DNA of 32,000 nt from Longivirga aurantiaca (lineage in GTDB: Bacteria; Actinomycetota; Actinomycetes; S36-B12; CAIYMF01). The notes beneath the pieces were generated by a model. The model made no database searches. It was not told the DNA's origin and was given only the letters and a program-made list of their open reading frames with translations. The position numbers and the translations under genes are program-made. The stretch is taken from positions 720,001-752,000 of the forward strand of contig NZ_JBHSTI010000008.1 of NCBI RefSeq assembly GCF_042660085.1, read 5' to 3'. Shown one piece after another: positions 21,767 through 29,611 of the stretch. Position 1 is the first letter of the stretch; every line of letters starts with the position of its first letter.

Positions 21767-22072
21767 GTGGCACGTCGCAACCGTAGGGCGGAGGACTCCG
21801 GCCCCCGTCCCCTCCGCGGGGACTTCCAGCAGGTCGAGGAGCACCCGGACGGCGACTGGGCCGTGCGGAGCATCAGCGGCTCGTCGGCGTCCAAGACCTA
21901 CCGCTGCCCGGGGTGCGACCAGGAGATCCGCCCGGGCGTGCCGCATGTCGTCGCGTGGCCGGCCGACCGGTCCTCGGGCGAGGACGACCGACGGCACTGG
22001 CACACGCCGTGCTGGAACGCGCGCGGCCGCCGCAGCCCGCGCACGAGCCGCGGCAGCGCCCCGCGCCACTGA
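21767..22072 (+). CDS. Conserved actinobacterial Cys/His-rich small protein (putative zinc-binding; often database-labelled ATP/GTP-binding protein although it has no P-loop)
   Basis: Trimmed from track ORF 21563 to the GTG at 21767, 14 nt after the HAD stop. Core sequence KTYRCPGCDQEIRPGVPHVVAWP...RRHWHTPCW with basic flanks. The start codon is uncertain (weak RBS). Confidence 0.6.
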   Translation: MARRNRRAEDSGPRPLRGDFQQVEEHPDGDWAVRSISGSSASKTYRCPGCDQEIRPGVPHVVAWPADRSSGEDDRRHWHTPCWNARGRRSPRTSRGSAPRH

Positions 22073-22120
22073 GCACCCGAGTGCCGAGCACCCGCGTCAC
22101 CACGAACCCGGAGGACCGAG

Positions 22121-22858
22121 TTGGCCGAGATCATCGCGGGGAGCGTGCTGCCCGCCCGGCGGGAGGCGCTGACGCTGACGACGTCGGACGGCTTGCGCCT
22201 CGTCGGCGAGCTCGCCCTGCCGGAGGATCGCGACCCGGTCGCCACGATCGTGTGCCTGCACCCGTTGCCCACGCACGGCGGCTTCATGGACAGCCACCTC
22301 TACCGCAAGGCCGCGTGGCGGCTCCCGGCGCTCGCCGGCGTCGCGGTGCTGCGCTTCAACACCCGTGGCACCACGAGCCCCGCGGGCACGAGCGAGGGCG
22401 CGTTCGACAGCGGCGAGGGCGAGGGCAGGGACCTCGTCGCGGCGGTCCTCGAGACCATCCACCGCGGCCTCCCCGATCCGTGGCTGGTCGGATGGTCGTT
22501 CGGCACCGACGTCGTGCTGAAGCACGGAAACACCGACCCGGTGCTCGGCGCGTTCCTCATCTCGCCGCCTCTGCGCTTCTCGGTCGACGACGACCTCGAC
22601 CAGTGGGCGATGTCGGGGCGGCCGGTCACGTGCCTCGTGCCCGAGCTCGACGACTACCTGCGCCCCGACGAGGCCCGCGAGCGGTTCGCGCGCATCCCCC
22701 AGGCCGAGGTGATCGGCGTCGAGGGCGCCAAGCACCTGTGGGTGGGGGAGAAGTACGTCAGGATCGTGCACGACACGCTCGTCGAGCGGCTGGTGCCCGG
22801 CGGGCCGCCGATCGACTACGACTGGCACGGACCCATGGAGAGGTGGAGCGACCTGTGA
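22121..22858 (+). CDS. Alpha/beta hydrolase (function unknown)
   Basis: 245 aa. TTG start with GGAGGA 6 nt upstream. Nucleophile elbow GWSFG, CLHPLPTHGG oxyanion region, and C-terminal GAKHLW (His). Confidence 0.8.
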   Translation: MAEIIAGSVLPARREALTLTTSDGLRLVGELALPEDRDPVATIVCLHPLPTHGGFMDSHLYRKAAWRLPALAGVAVLRFNTRGTTSPAGTSEGAFDSGEGEGRDLVAAVLETIHRGLPDPWLVGWSFGTDVVLKHGNTDPVLGAFLISPPLRFSVDDDLDQWAMSGRPVTCLVPELDDYLRPDEARERFARIPQAEVIGVEGAKHLWVGEKYVRIVHDTLVERLVPGGPPIDYDWHGPMERWSDL

Positions 22859-23619
22859 GCAGCTTCCGGCTCGACGGCAAGACCGCACTCGTCACCGGTG
22901 CCTCGCGCGGCATCGGCCGGTCGATCGCCGAGGCGTACGCCGACGCCGGTGCGGACGTCGCACTGCTCGCGCGCGACGCCGAGAAGCTCGGCGAGGTCGC
23001 CGCGGTGATCGAGGCCAAGGGACGCCGTGCCGTCGTCCTGCCGTGCGACGTGACCGACATCGAGGCCGTGCAGGCGTCGGTGGCCCGGGCCATCGCCGAG
23101 CTCGGCCACATCGACATCCTGGTCAACAACGCGGGCGGCAACTCGTTCTCGATGCCGCTGGCCGGCATGCGCTTCTCCGGCTGGGAGAAGACGCTGCGCC
23201 TCAACCTCGACTCCGTGGTGCACGTGCTGCAGGCGACGCTCCCGCACTTCCTCGAGCGGCACAGCGGAGTCGTCGTCAACATCGCGTCGGTTGCCGGCCT
23301 GCGCGGCGCCCCGATGATGAGCCACTACGGCGCCGCGAAGGCCGCGCTCCTCTCGCTGACGCAGTCGGTGGCCGTCGAGACCGCCTGGGCCGGCGTGCGG
23401 GTGAACGCGCTCGTGCCGGGCTGGATCGAGACCGAGCTGACCGACTTCCTGCGGGCCAACGAGGACGCCGAGAAGGGCACGCTCGCGCGCGTGCCGATGG
23501 CCCGCTGGGGCACCGCGCACGAGATCGCGGACCCGGCCGTGTTCCTGGCCTCGGACGCGTCGTCGTTCATGACCGGGCAGGCGCTGGTCGTCGACGGCGG
23601 CCTGTCGGCGATGCCCTGA
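22855..23619 (+). CDS. Short-chain dehydrogenase/reductase (classical SDR)
   Basis: Trimmed from track ORF 21913 to the GTG at 22855, which overlaps the preceding stop (GTGA). TGASRGIG, NNAG, catalytic S...YGAAK, PGWIETE. Confidence 0.9.
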   Translation: MSSFRLDGKTALVTGASRGIGRSIAEAYADAGADVALLARDAEKLGEVAAVIEAKGRRAVVLPCDVTDIEAVQASVARAIAELGHIDILVNNAGGNSFSMPLAGMRFSGWEKTLRLNLDSVVHVLQATLPHFLERHSGVVVNIASVAGLRGAPMMSHYGAAKAALLSLTQSVAVETAWAGVRVNALVPGWIETELTDFLRANEDAEKGTLARVPMARWGTAHEIADPAVFLASDASSFMTGQALVVDGGLSAMP

Positions 23620-23642
23620 CGGTCGTTCTGTAGGTTCATCGC

Positions 23643-24422
23643 ATGGCCCCCGCAGTCGTGCTCCTTCACGCATTCCCGCTCGACAAGCGCATGTGGGACG
23701 ACGTCGTCGGCCCGATCGCCGACAGCGGCTGGGACGTCGTCGTCCCCGACCTCATCGGCTTCGGCGAGTCCGTGCTCGACGAGGACGACCTCGACGAGAC
23801 GCCGTCGCTCGCCGCGCAGGCGCGCGGTGTGCTGAGCATCCTCGACCAGATCGGCCTGTCGAACGTCGTCGTGTGCGGGCTCTCGCTCGGCGGCTACGTG
23901 GCGATGGAGATGATCCGACAGGACCCGTCGCGCATCGCCGGCCTCGCGCTCGTCGACACCAAGGCGACGGCCGACACCGAGGAGGCTCGCGCCAACCGGC
24001 TGCGCGTCGCCGACCAGGTGCTGGAGTCGGAGTCGACCGAGGCGCTCTCGCGCGCCATGCTGCCGAACCTGCTCGGCGCCACCACGCACCAGACGCGGCC
24101 CGACGTGGTCGAGAAGGTGCGCGGCTGGATCCGCGAGGCCGACCCGATCGGCGTGGCGATCGCCCAGCGCGCGATGGCCGCCCGCCCCGACTCGCTCGCC
24201 GACCTCGCCTCGCTCGCCGTCCCCGGCCTCGTGCTGTGGGGGAGCGAGGACACCCTCTCGCCGCGCGCCGAGCAGGACCTCATGGTCGACGCCATGCGCG
24301 ACGCCCGCTTCGTCGAGATCCCCGGCTGCGGCCACCTCGCCGCCGTCGAGGCCCCCGAGGCCACCGCTGCCGCTCTCATCACGTTCCTGCGCGACGTCGA
24401 GCGCCTCCCCTCCGCGACTTGA
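23643..24422 (+). CDS. Alpha/beta hydrolase (function unknown)
   Basis: 259 aa. HAFPLD oxyanion region, nucleophile elbow GLSLGG, Asp in WGSEDT, catalytic His in GCGHLAAVE. Confidence 0.85.
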   Translation: MAPAVVLLHAFPLDKRMWDDVVGPIADSGWDVVVPDLIGFGESVLDEDDLDETPSLAAQARGVLSILDQIGLSNVVVCGLSLGGYVAMEMIRQDPSRIAGLALVDTKATADTEEARANRLRVADQVLESESTEALSRAMLPNLLGATTHQTRPDVVEKVRGWIREADPIGVAIAQRAMAARPDSLADLASLAVPGLVLWGSEDTLSPRAEQDLMVDAMRDARFVEIPGCGHLAAVEAPEATAAALITFLRDVERLPSAT

Positions 24423-24428
24423 TCCCAG

Positions 24429-24480
24429 CGATTCGGTAGTGAGATCTCGCAGCGGACCGCGAGAACCCACTACCGAATCG
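24429..24480. terminator. Compound hairpin in the 70-bp convergent spacer (putative bidirectional terminator)
   Basis: The outer 13-bp perfect stem is CGATTCGGTAGTG (24429-24441) with CACTACCGAATCG (24468-24480). The inner 6-bp stem is TCTCGC (24445-24450) with GCGAGA (24459-24464) around an 8-nt loop. GC content is locally lower. No U-tract on either strand. Confidence 0.65.
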
Positions 24481-24492
24481 GGAGAGGCGAGG

Positions 24493-25830
24493 TCAGAGGT
24501 TGCGGAAGCGGTTGATCTCGGTGAGGTGCTTCGCGCGGAGCTCCTCGTCGCGGACGCCGAGGCCCTCCTCGGGGGCGAGGCAGAGCACACCGACCTTGCC
24601 CTGGTGCAGGTTGCGGTGCACGTCGTACGCCGCCTGCCCGGTCTGCTCGAGGCTGTAGGCCTTGGACAGCGTCGGGTGGATCTTGCCGCGCTGGATGAGG
24701 CGGTTGGCCTCCCACGCCTCGCGGTAGTTGGCGAAGTGCGAGCCGACGATGCGCTTCAGGTTCATCCAGAGGAAGCGGTTGTCGTACTCGTGCATGTAGC
24801 CCGAGGTCGACGCGCAGGTGACGATCGTGCCGCCCTTGCGGGCGACATAGACCGAGGCGCCGAACGTCTCGCGGCCCGGGTGCTCGAAGACGATGTCGAC
24901 GTCGTCGCCGCCGGTGAGCTCGCGGATCCTGGCTCCGAGCCGGCGCCACTCCTTCGGGTCCTGGGTGTGCTCGTCCTTCCAGAACGTGTAGCCCTCGGCC
25001 TTGCGGTCGATGATGAGCTCCGCGCCCATCGACCGGCAGATGTCGGCCTTGTCCTCGCTGGAGACGACGCACACCGGGGTCGCGCCGCCGTTGAGCGCCA
25101 TCTGCGTGGCGTAGGAGCCGAGACCGCCTGAGGCGCCCCAGATCAGGACGGTGTCGCCCTGCTTCATGCCGGCGCCGTTCTGCGACACGAGCTGGCGGTA
25201 CGCCGTGGAGTTCACGAGACCGGGCGAGGCCGCCTCCTCCCACGTCAGGTGCGTGGGCTTGTGCAGCAGCTGGTTGGCCTTGACGATCGCGAGCTCGGCG
25301 AGGCCGCCGAAGTTGGTCTCGTAGCCCCAGATGCGCTGCTCGGGGTCGAGCATCGTGTCGTTGTGGCCGAGCGGGCTCTCGAGCTCCACCGACAGGCAGT
25401 GCGCGACGACCTCGTCACCGGGGTTCCACGTGTGCACGCCGGGGCCGGTGCGCAGGACGACGCCCGCGAGGTCGGAGCCGATCACGTGGTACGGCAGGTC
25501 GTGCCGCTTGGCGATCGGGTTGGTGCGGCCGTAGCGCTCGAGGTAGCCGAAGGTGGAGACCGGCTCGAAGATCGCAGACCAGACGGTGTTGAAGTTCACC
25601 GCGCTCGCCATGACCGCCACGAGCGCCTCGCCCGGGCCGAGCTCGGGCACGGGGACGTCGTCGAGGTGCAGCGACTCGCGGGGGTCCTTCTCCCACGTGG
25701 ACTTGCCGGCGAACATCTCCTGCTCGTCCTTGTGCACGGTGATGCCGCGGTAGGACTCGGGGATCTGCAGGGCGGCGTAGTCCGCGCTGGTCGCGGTGCC
25801 GGACAGGATCGTGTCGAGGATGGTCTTCAC
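24493..25830 (-). CDS. ccr: Crotonyl-CoA carboxylase/reductase
   Basis: 445 aa with GTG start. Near end-to-end resemblance to Streptomyces Ccr as I recall it: MKTILDTILSG.ATSADYAAL, ITVHKDE.EMFAG, HNDTMLDPEQRIWGYETNFGGLAE, FEHPGRETFGASV, HQGKVGVLCLAPEEGLGV. Confidence 0.95.
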   Translation of the reverse strand: MKTILDTILSGTATSADYAALQIPESYRGITVHKDEQEMFAGKSTWEKDPRESLHLDDVPVPELGPGEALVAVMASAVNFNTVWSAIFEPVSTFGYLERYGRTNPIAKRHDLPYHVIGSDLAGVVLRTGPGVHTWNPGDEVVAHCLSVELESPLGHNDTMLDPEQRIWGYETNFGGLAELAIVKANQLLHKPTHLTWEEAASPGLVNSTAYRQLVSQNGAGMKQGDTVLIWGASGGLGSYATQMALNGGATPVCVVSSEDKADICRSMGAELIIDRKAEGYTFWKDEHTQDPKEWRRLGARIRELTGGDDVDIVFEHPGRETFGASVYVARKGGTIVTCASTSGYMHEYDNRFLWMNLKRIVGSHFANYREAWEANRLIQRGKIHPTLSKAYSLEQTGQAAYDVHRNLHQGKVGVLCLAPEEGLGVRDEELRAKHLTEINRFRNL

Positions 25831-25993
25831 GTCGGCCTCCAGGGTCGGCGTACTGCTCGGGGAGCAGGTCGGTCGGTACGCGTCGGTCGCGTCCGTGAAC
25901 CGACGCTAACCAGGGCATGTACCGGGCCCATGAGGCAGGGTGCGACGGTTGACGCCGCAACCGCTTGCACCTGCGGGGCGCAGGCCGCGCGGG

Positions 25994-26446
25994 TCAGTGG
26001 TGCGCGCCGGCCGCGGGCTCGACGAGCTCGACGAGGACGCCGCCGCAATCCTTCGGGTGCACGAAGTTCACCCGTGAGTCCGCGGTGCCGCGCTTCGGCA
26101 CGTCGTACAGCAGGCGCAGGCCCGCTGCCCGCAACCGATCGGCGGCGACGTCGATGTCCGATACCCGGAACGCCACTTGCTGGATTCCCTCGCCGTTGCG
26201 CTCGAGGAACTTCCCGATGGGGGAGTCAGGCCGCAGCGGAGCCAGCAGCTGGATCGCGGAGTCGCCGATGCCGACCATCGCCTCGCGCACGCCCTGCTCC
26301 TCGTTCACCTCCTCGTGCAGGAGAGGGAGCCCGAAGGCGCGGCCGTAGAAGGCGACCGCCTCGTCCAGGTCTCGAACGGCGAACCCGACGTGGTCGATGG
26401 CGGTGACCACGGGGCCCAGGGCCTCGGCAGGGGTTGGGGTACTCAC
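25994..26446 (-). CDS. mce: Methylmalonyl-CoA / ethylmalonyl-CoA epimerase (VOC/glyoxalase fold)
   Basis: 150 aa. [54 protein letters not shown] start at 26446; an alternative in-frame GTG lies 12 codons downstream. Confidence 0.85.
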   Translation of the reverse strand: MSTPTPAEALGPVVTAIDHVGFAVRDLDEAVAFYGRAFGLPLLHEEVNEEQGVREAMVGIGDSAIQLLAPLRPDSPIGKFLERNGEGIQQVAFRVSDIDVAADRLRAAGLRLLYDVPKRGTADSRVNFVHPKDCGGVLVELVEPAAGAHH

Positions 26447-26453
26447 GTGAGTA
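26440..26453. promoter_or_regulatory. 14-bp perfect palindrome TACTCACGTGAGTA at the epimerase/thiolase divergent junction (candidate operator)
   Basis: Exact self-complementarity checked base by base. Only 43% GC in a genome above 70% GC. It overlaps the annotated mce GTG (26444-26446) and a TANNNT hexamer (TATCGT, 26452-26457) oriented toward the thiolase. Confidence 0.45.
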
Positions 26454-26502
26454 TCGTGACAAGGCCAGGTACCGGTGTCTGCAGAAGGTCGGGGTAGTCA
26501 AC

Positions 26503-27690
26503 GTGGGAAACGTCATCGTCGCGGGTGCCCGTACGCCGATGGGTCGCCTGCTGGGTTCGCTCAAGGGATTCAGCGGCGCAGACCTCGGCGGCTTCGCCAT
26601 CAAGGGCGCGCTGGACCGTTCGGGCGTGGCGCCCGACCAGGTCGACTACGTGATCATGGGCCAGGTCATCCAGGCCGGCGCCGGGCAGATCACCGCCCGT
26701 CAGGCCGCTGTGAAGGCCGGCATCCCCATGGACGTGCCGGCCCTCACGATCAACAAGGTCTGCCTCTCCGGCCTCGACGCGATCGCGCTGGCCGACCAGC
26801 TCATCCGCGCGGGCGAGTTCGAGATCGTCGTCGCGGGCGGCATGGAGTCGATGACCAACGCGCCGCACCTGCTGCCGAAGAGCCGCGAGGGCTTCAAGTA
26901 CGGCGACGTGAACCTCGTCGACTCGATGGCCTTCGACGCGCTCACCTGTGCGTTCGACCAGGTCGCGATGGGCATCTCGACCGATAACCACAACGCGAAG
27001 TACCCCGCGGTCACGCGCGAGGCGCAGGACGCGTTCTCGGCCCGCTCGCACCAGCTCGCCGCGATCGCCCAGAAGAACGGCGTCTTCGCCGAGGAGATCG
27101 TGCCCGTCGAGATCCCGAGCCGTAAGGGCGACCCGATCGTCTTCTCCGAGGACGAGGGCATCCGCGCCGACACCACGGCCGAGTCCCTCGGCAAGCTCCG
27201 CCCGGCGTTCGCCAAGGACGGCACCATCACGGCCGGATCGTCGTCGCAGATCTCCGACGGCGCCGCTGCCGTCGTTGTGATGAGCAAGGAGAAGGCCGAG
27301 TCGCTCGGACTCACCTGGCTCGCCGAGATCGGCGCCCACGGCGTCGTTGCCGGTCCGGACGCCTCGCTGCAGGAGCAGCCGGCCAACGCGATCCTCAAGG
27401 CGCTCGCGCGCGAGAACCTCGAGGTGTCCGACCTCGACCTCGTGGAGATCAACGAGGCCTTCGCGGCGGTCGGCCTCGCGAGCACCGCCAAGCTCGGCAT
27501 CGACCCCGAGAAGGTCAACGTCAACGGCGGCGCCATCGCGCTCGGCCACCCCGTCGGCATGAGCGGCGCGCGCGTGGTGCTCCACCTCGCGCTCGAGCTC
27601 AAGCGGCGCGGCGGCGGTGTCGGTGCTGCAGCGCTCTGCGGCGGCGGCGGGCAGGGCGACGCCCTGGTCGTGCGCGTCCCGTCGGCCTGA
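26503..27690 (+). CDS. Acetyl-CoA C-acetyltransferase (thiolase II)
   Basis: Trimmed from track ORF 26434 to the GTG at 26503 ([14 protein letters not shown]). Active-site Cys in [40 protein letters not shown], and C-terminal [10 protein letters not shown]. Confidence 0.93.
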   Translation: MGNVIVAGARTPMGRLLGSLKGFSGADLGGFAIKGALDRSGVAPDQVDYVIMGQVIQAGAGQITARQAAVKAGIPMDVPALTINKVCLSGLDAIALADQLIRAGEFEIVVAGGMESMTNAPHLLPKSREGFKYGDVNLVDSMAFDALTCAFDQVAMGISTDNHNAKYPAVTREAQDAFSARSHQLAAIAQKNGVFAEEIVPVEIPSRKGDPIVFSEDEGIRADTTAESLGKLRPAFAKDGTITAGSSSQISDGAAAVVVMSKEKAESLGLTWLAEIGAHGVVAGPDASLQEQPANAILKALARENLEVSDLDLVEINEAFAAVGLASTAKLGIDPEKVNVNGGAIALGHPVGMSGARVVLHLALELKRRGGGVGAAALCGGGGQGDALVVRVPSA

Positions 27691-27706
27691 CGGCGCTGAC
27701 CGACAG

Positions 27707-28675
27707 GTGGCCGTCGACGTCGACGACCTCGTCACGCGGGCGCGCGAGGGTCAGCCTCGCGCGGTCGCGCGGCTGATCTCGTTCGTCGAGGACGGCTCAC
27801 CCCTGCTGCGCGAGGTCACCGCCGCGCTCGCGCCGCACGCCGGCCGTGCCCACGTCATCGGGCTCACCGGCGCCCCCGGGGTCGGGAAGTCGACGTCGAC
27901 CTCGGCGATCGTCACGCGGCTGCGCGCCCGCGACCTCCGGGTCGGAGTGCTGGCGGTCGATCCGTCGTCGCCGTTCTCCGGCGGCGCGCTGCTCGGCGAC
28001 CGCGTGCGCATGCAGGAGCACGCGACCGACCCGCAGGTGTTCATCCGGTCGATGGCATCCCGCGGCCACCTGGGCGGCCTGTCGTGGGCTACCCCTCAGG
28101 CCGTGCGCGTGCTCGACGCCGCCGGCTGCGACATCGTCCTCGTGGAGACCGTCGGCGTCGGCCAGAGCGAGGTCGAGGTCGCGGGTGCTGCCGACACCAC
28201 CGTGGTGCTGCTCGCCCCGGGCATGGGCGACGGGATCCAGGCGGCCAAGGCGGGCATCCTCGAGATCGGCGACCTGTTCGTGGTCAACAAGGCCGACCGC
28301 GACGGCGCCGAGTCGACCGTGCGCGAGCTCCGGCACATGCTCACGCTCGGGGCGGGTCCGCGGTCAGGTCCCGCCGGCGACCGGTGGAAGCCGCCGGTCC
28401 TCAAGACCGTCGCCGCCAAGGGCGAGGGCGCCGAGGAGGTCGTCGAGGCGCTGTTCGAGCACCACGCCTGGCTCGAGCGCACCGGCGAGCTCGCCGGGCG
28501 CCGCCGCGCCCGGGCGGCGGTCGAGATCGAGGCGATCGCGTTCGGCATGCTGCGCGCCCGCATCGGCGACCTGCGCGGCGACGCCACGCTCGACGTGCTC
28601 GCCGAGCGCGTCGCCGCCGGCGACACCGACCCGTACGCCGCGGCCGACGTGCTCGTCGCCGGTCTCGCGCTCTAG
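27707..28675 (+). CDS. meaB: Methylmalonyl-CoA mutase-associated G3E GTPase MeaB (ArgK)
   Basis: Trimmed from track ORF 27617 to the GTG at 27707, 16 nt after the thiolase stop. RAVARLISFVEDG, Walker A GAPGVGKST, DPSSPFSGGALLGDRVRM, VETVGVGQSE, VVNKADRDG. Confidence 0.9.
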   Translation: MAVDVDDLVTRAREGQPRAVARLISFVEDGSPLLREVTAALAPHAGRAHVIGLTGAPGVGKSTSTSAIVTRLRARDLRVGVLAVDPSSPFSGGALLGDRVRMQEHATDPQVFIRSMASRGHLGGLSWATPQAVRVLDAAGCDIVLVETVGVGQSEVEVAGAADTTVVLLAPGMGDGIQAAKAGILEIGDLFVVNKADRDGAESTVRELRHMLTLGAGPRSGPAGDRWKPPVLKTVAAKGEGAEEVVEALFEHHAWLERTGELAGRRRARAAVEIEAIAFGMLRARIGDLRGDATLDVLAERVAAGDTDPYAAADVLVAGLAL

Positions 28676-28695
28676 ACGCCGTCGCTCTCGGTGCC

Positions 28696-28727
28696 GCCGC
28701 GAACGCTCACGGCGAGGGCCGCGAACG
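28696..28727 (+). repeat. 10-bp direct repeat GCCGCGAACG x2 with 22-bp periodicity, upstream of ureAB
   Basis: The copies lie at 28696-28705 and 28718-28727 in the 137-bp meaB-ureAB spacer, 86-117 nt upstream of the ureAB GTG. Confidence 0.4.
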
Positions 28728-28812
28728 GTCGTGCTCGCGACCTACGTCGGCAGGAACTGCTGACCCGCGGCGCCTCGCGGACGCGGCTGCCCGGGGCTGC
28801 CAGGATGACGGC

Positions 28813-29598
28813 GTGCAGTTGACCCCGTCCGAGCGTGACCGGCTCCTGATCTTCACCGTGGCCGAGCTCGCGCGCGCCCGCCGTGCCCGCGGCCTCCGGC
28901 TCAACGTGCCGGAGGCGACCGCCCTCATCGCTGACACCGTGGCCGAGGCCGCGCGCGACGGCCGCCGGCACGCCGAAGCCATCGAGGTCGGCCGCTCGGT
29001 GCTCGGGCCCGACGACGTGCTGCCCGGCGTCGCCGACGTGCTGGCCGACGTCAAGGTCGAGGCCGTGTTCGACGACGGCACGCGGCTCGTGGTCGTGCCC
29101 GACCCGATCGGCGGGGGGCACCTCGGCCTCGGCGCCCCCGGTGCGATCGAGGTCGCGGCCGACCCGGACGCCGACCCGACCCTCGACGCCGAGCGCAGCG
29201 CGCGCCTCGACGTGATCGAGGTGGACGTGGCCAACACCGCGGCCGTGCCGATCACCGTCACCAGCCACTTCCACTTCTTCGAGGTCAACCCGCGCCTCGC
29301 GTTCGACCGGGGGGCGGCCTACGGCCGGCACCTCGACGTCGCATCAGGCAGCAGCACGCTCTTCCCGCCGGGGGAGACCGTCCGCGTGCGGCTCGTGCCC
29401 ATCCGCGGCGAGCGCGTCGTGATCGGCTTCGCCGGCCTCGTCGACGGTCCGCTCGACGCCCCCGGCGCGAAGGAGGGGGCGCTGGATCTGTTGCACGCCA
29501 CGGGATTCCTCGATACCGCGGTGGAGGGCGGCGACCCGGAGGGCGCCGTCGCCGCCGTACGACGTCACCTCGCGCAGCACCGTGAGGTGCAGGGATGA
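28813..29598 (+). CDS. ureAB: Urease gamma-beta fusion subunit (UreA-UreB)
   Basis: Trimmed from track ORF 28084 to the GTG at 28813. Gamma part: VQLTPSERDRLLIFTVAELARARRARGLRLNVPEATALI...FDDGTRLVVVPDPI. Beta part: APGAIEV...PITVTSHFHFFEVNPRLAFDR...GERVVIGFAGLVDGPL. Confidence 0.9.
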   Translation: MQLTPSERDRLLIFTVAELARARRARGLRLNVPEATALIADTVAEAARDGRRHAEAIEVGRSVLGPDDVLPGVADVLADVKVEAVFDDGTRLVVVPDPIGGGHLGLGAPGAIEVAADPDADPTLDAERSARLDVIEVDVANTAAVPITVTSHFHFFEVNPRLAFDRGAAYGRHLDVASGSSTLFPPGETVRVRLVPIRGERVVIGFAGLVDGPLDAPGAKEGALDLLHATGFLDTAVEGGDPEGAVAAVRRHLAQHREVQG

Positions 29599-29611
29599 TG
29601 GAGGGCGAGGC

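Noticed and set aside
22071-22094. A 9-bp direct repeat GAGCACCCG (22071-22079 and 22086-22094) upstream of the first hydrolase
   Set aside because: It is very short, overlaps the 3' end of the preceding ORF, and has no dyad symmetry. It is likely a chance repeat or slippage.
25831-25993. Several small hairpins in the mce-ccr spacer (CCTGCG/CGCAGG, GGTTG/CAACC, CGTCGGT/ACCGACG), considered as an attenuator or riboswitch
   Set aside because: The stems are only 5-7 bp with tight or arbitrary loops, which is what random GC-rich sequence would produce. No recognisable riboswitch core is present.
28676-28812. A canonical GlnR box (GTnAC-n6-GAAAC) upstream of ureAB
   Set aside because: Only the CGAAC half-sites are present. 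The expected a-site positions read CGGTG/GGCGA rather than GTnAC. I report it only as an unassigned direct repeat.
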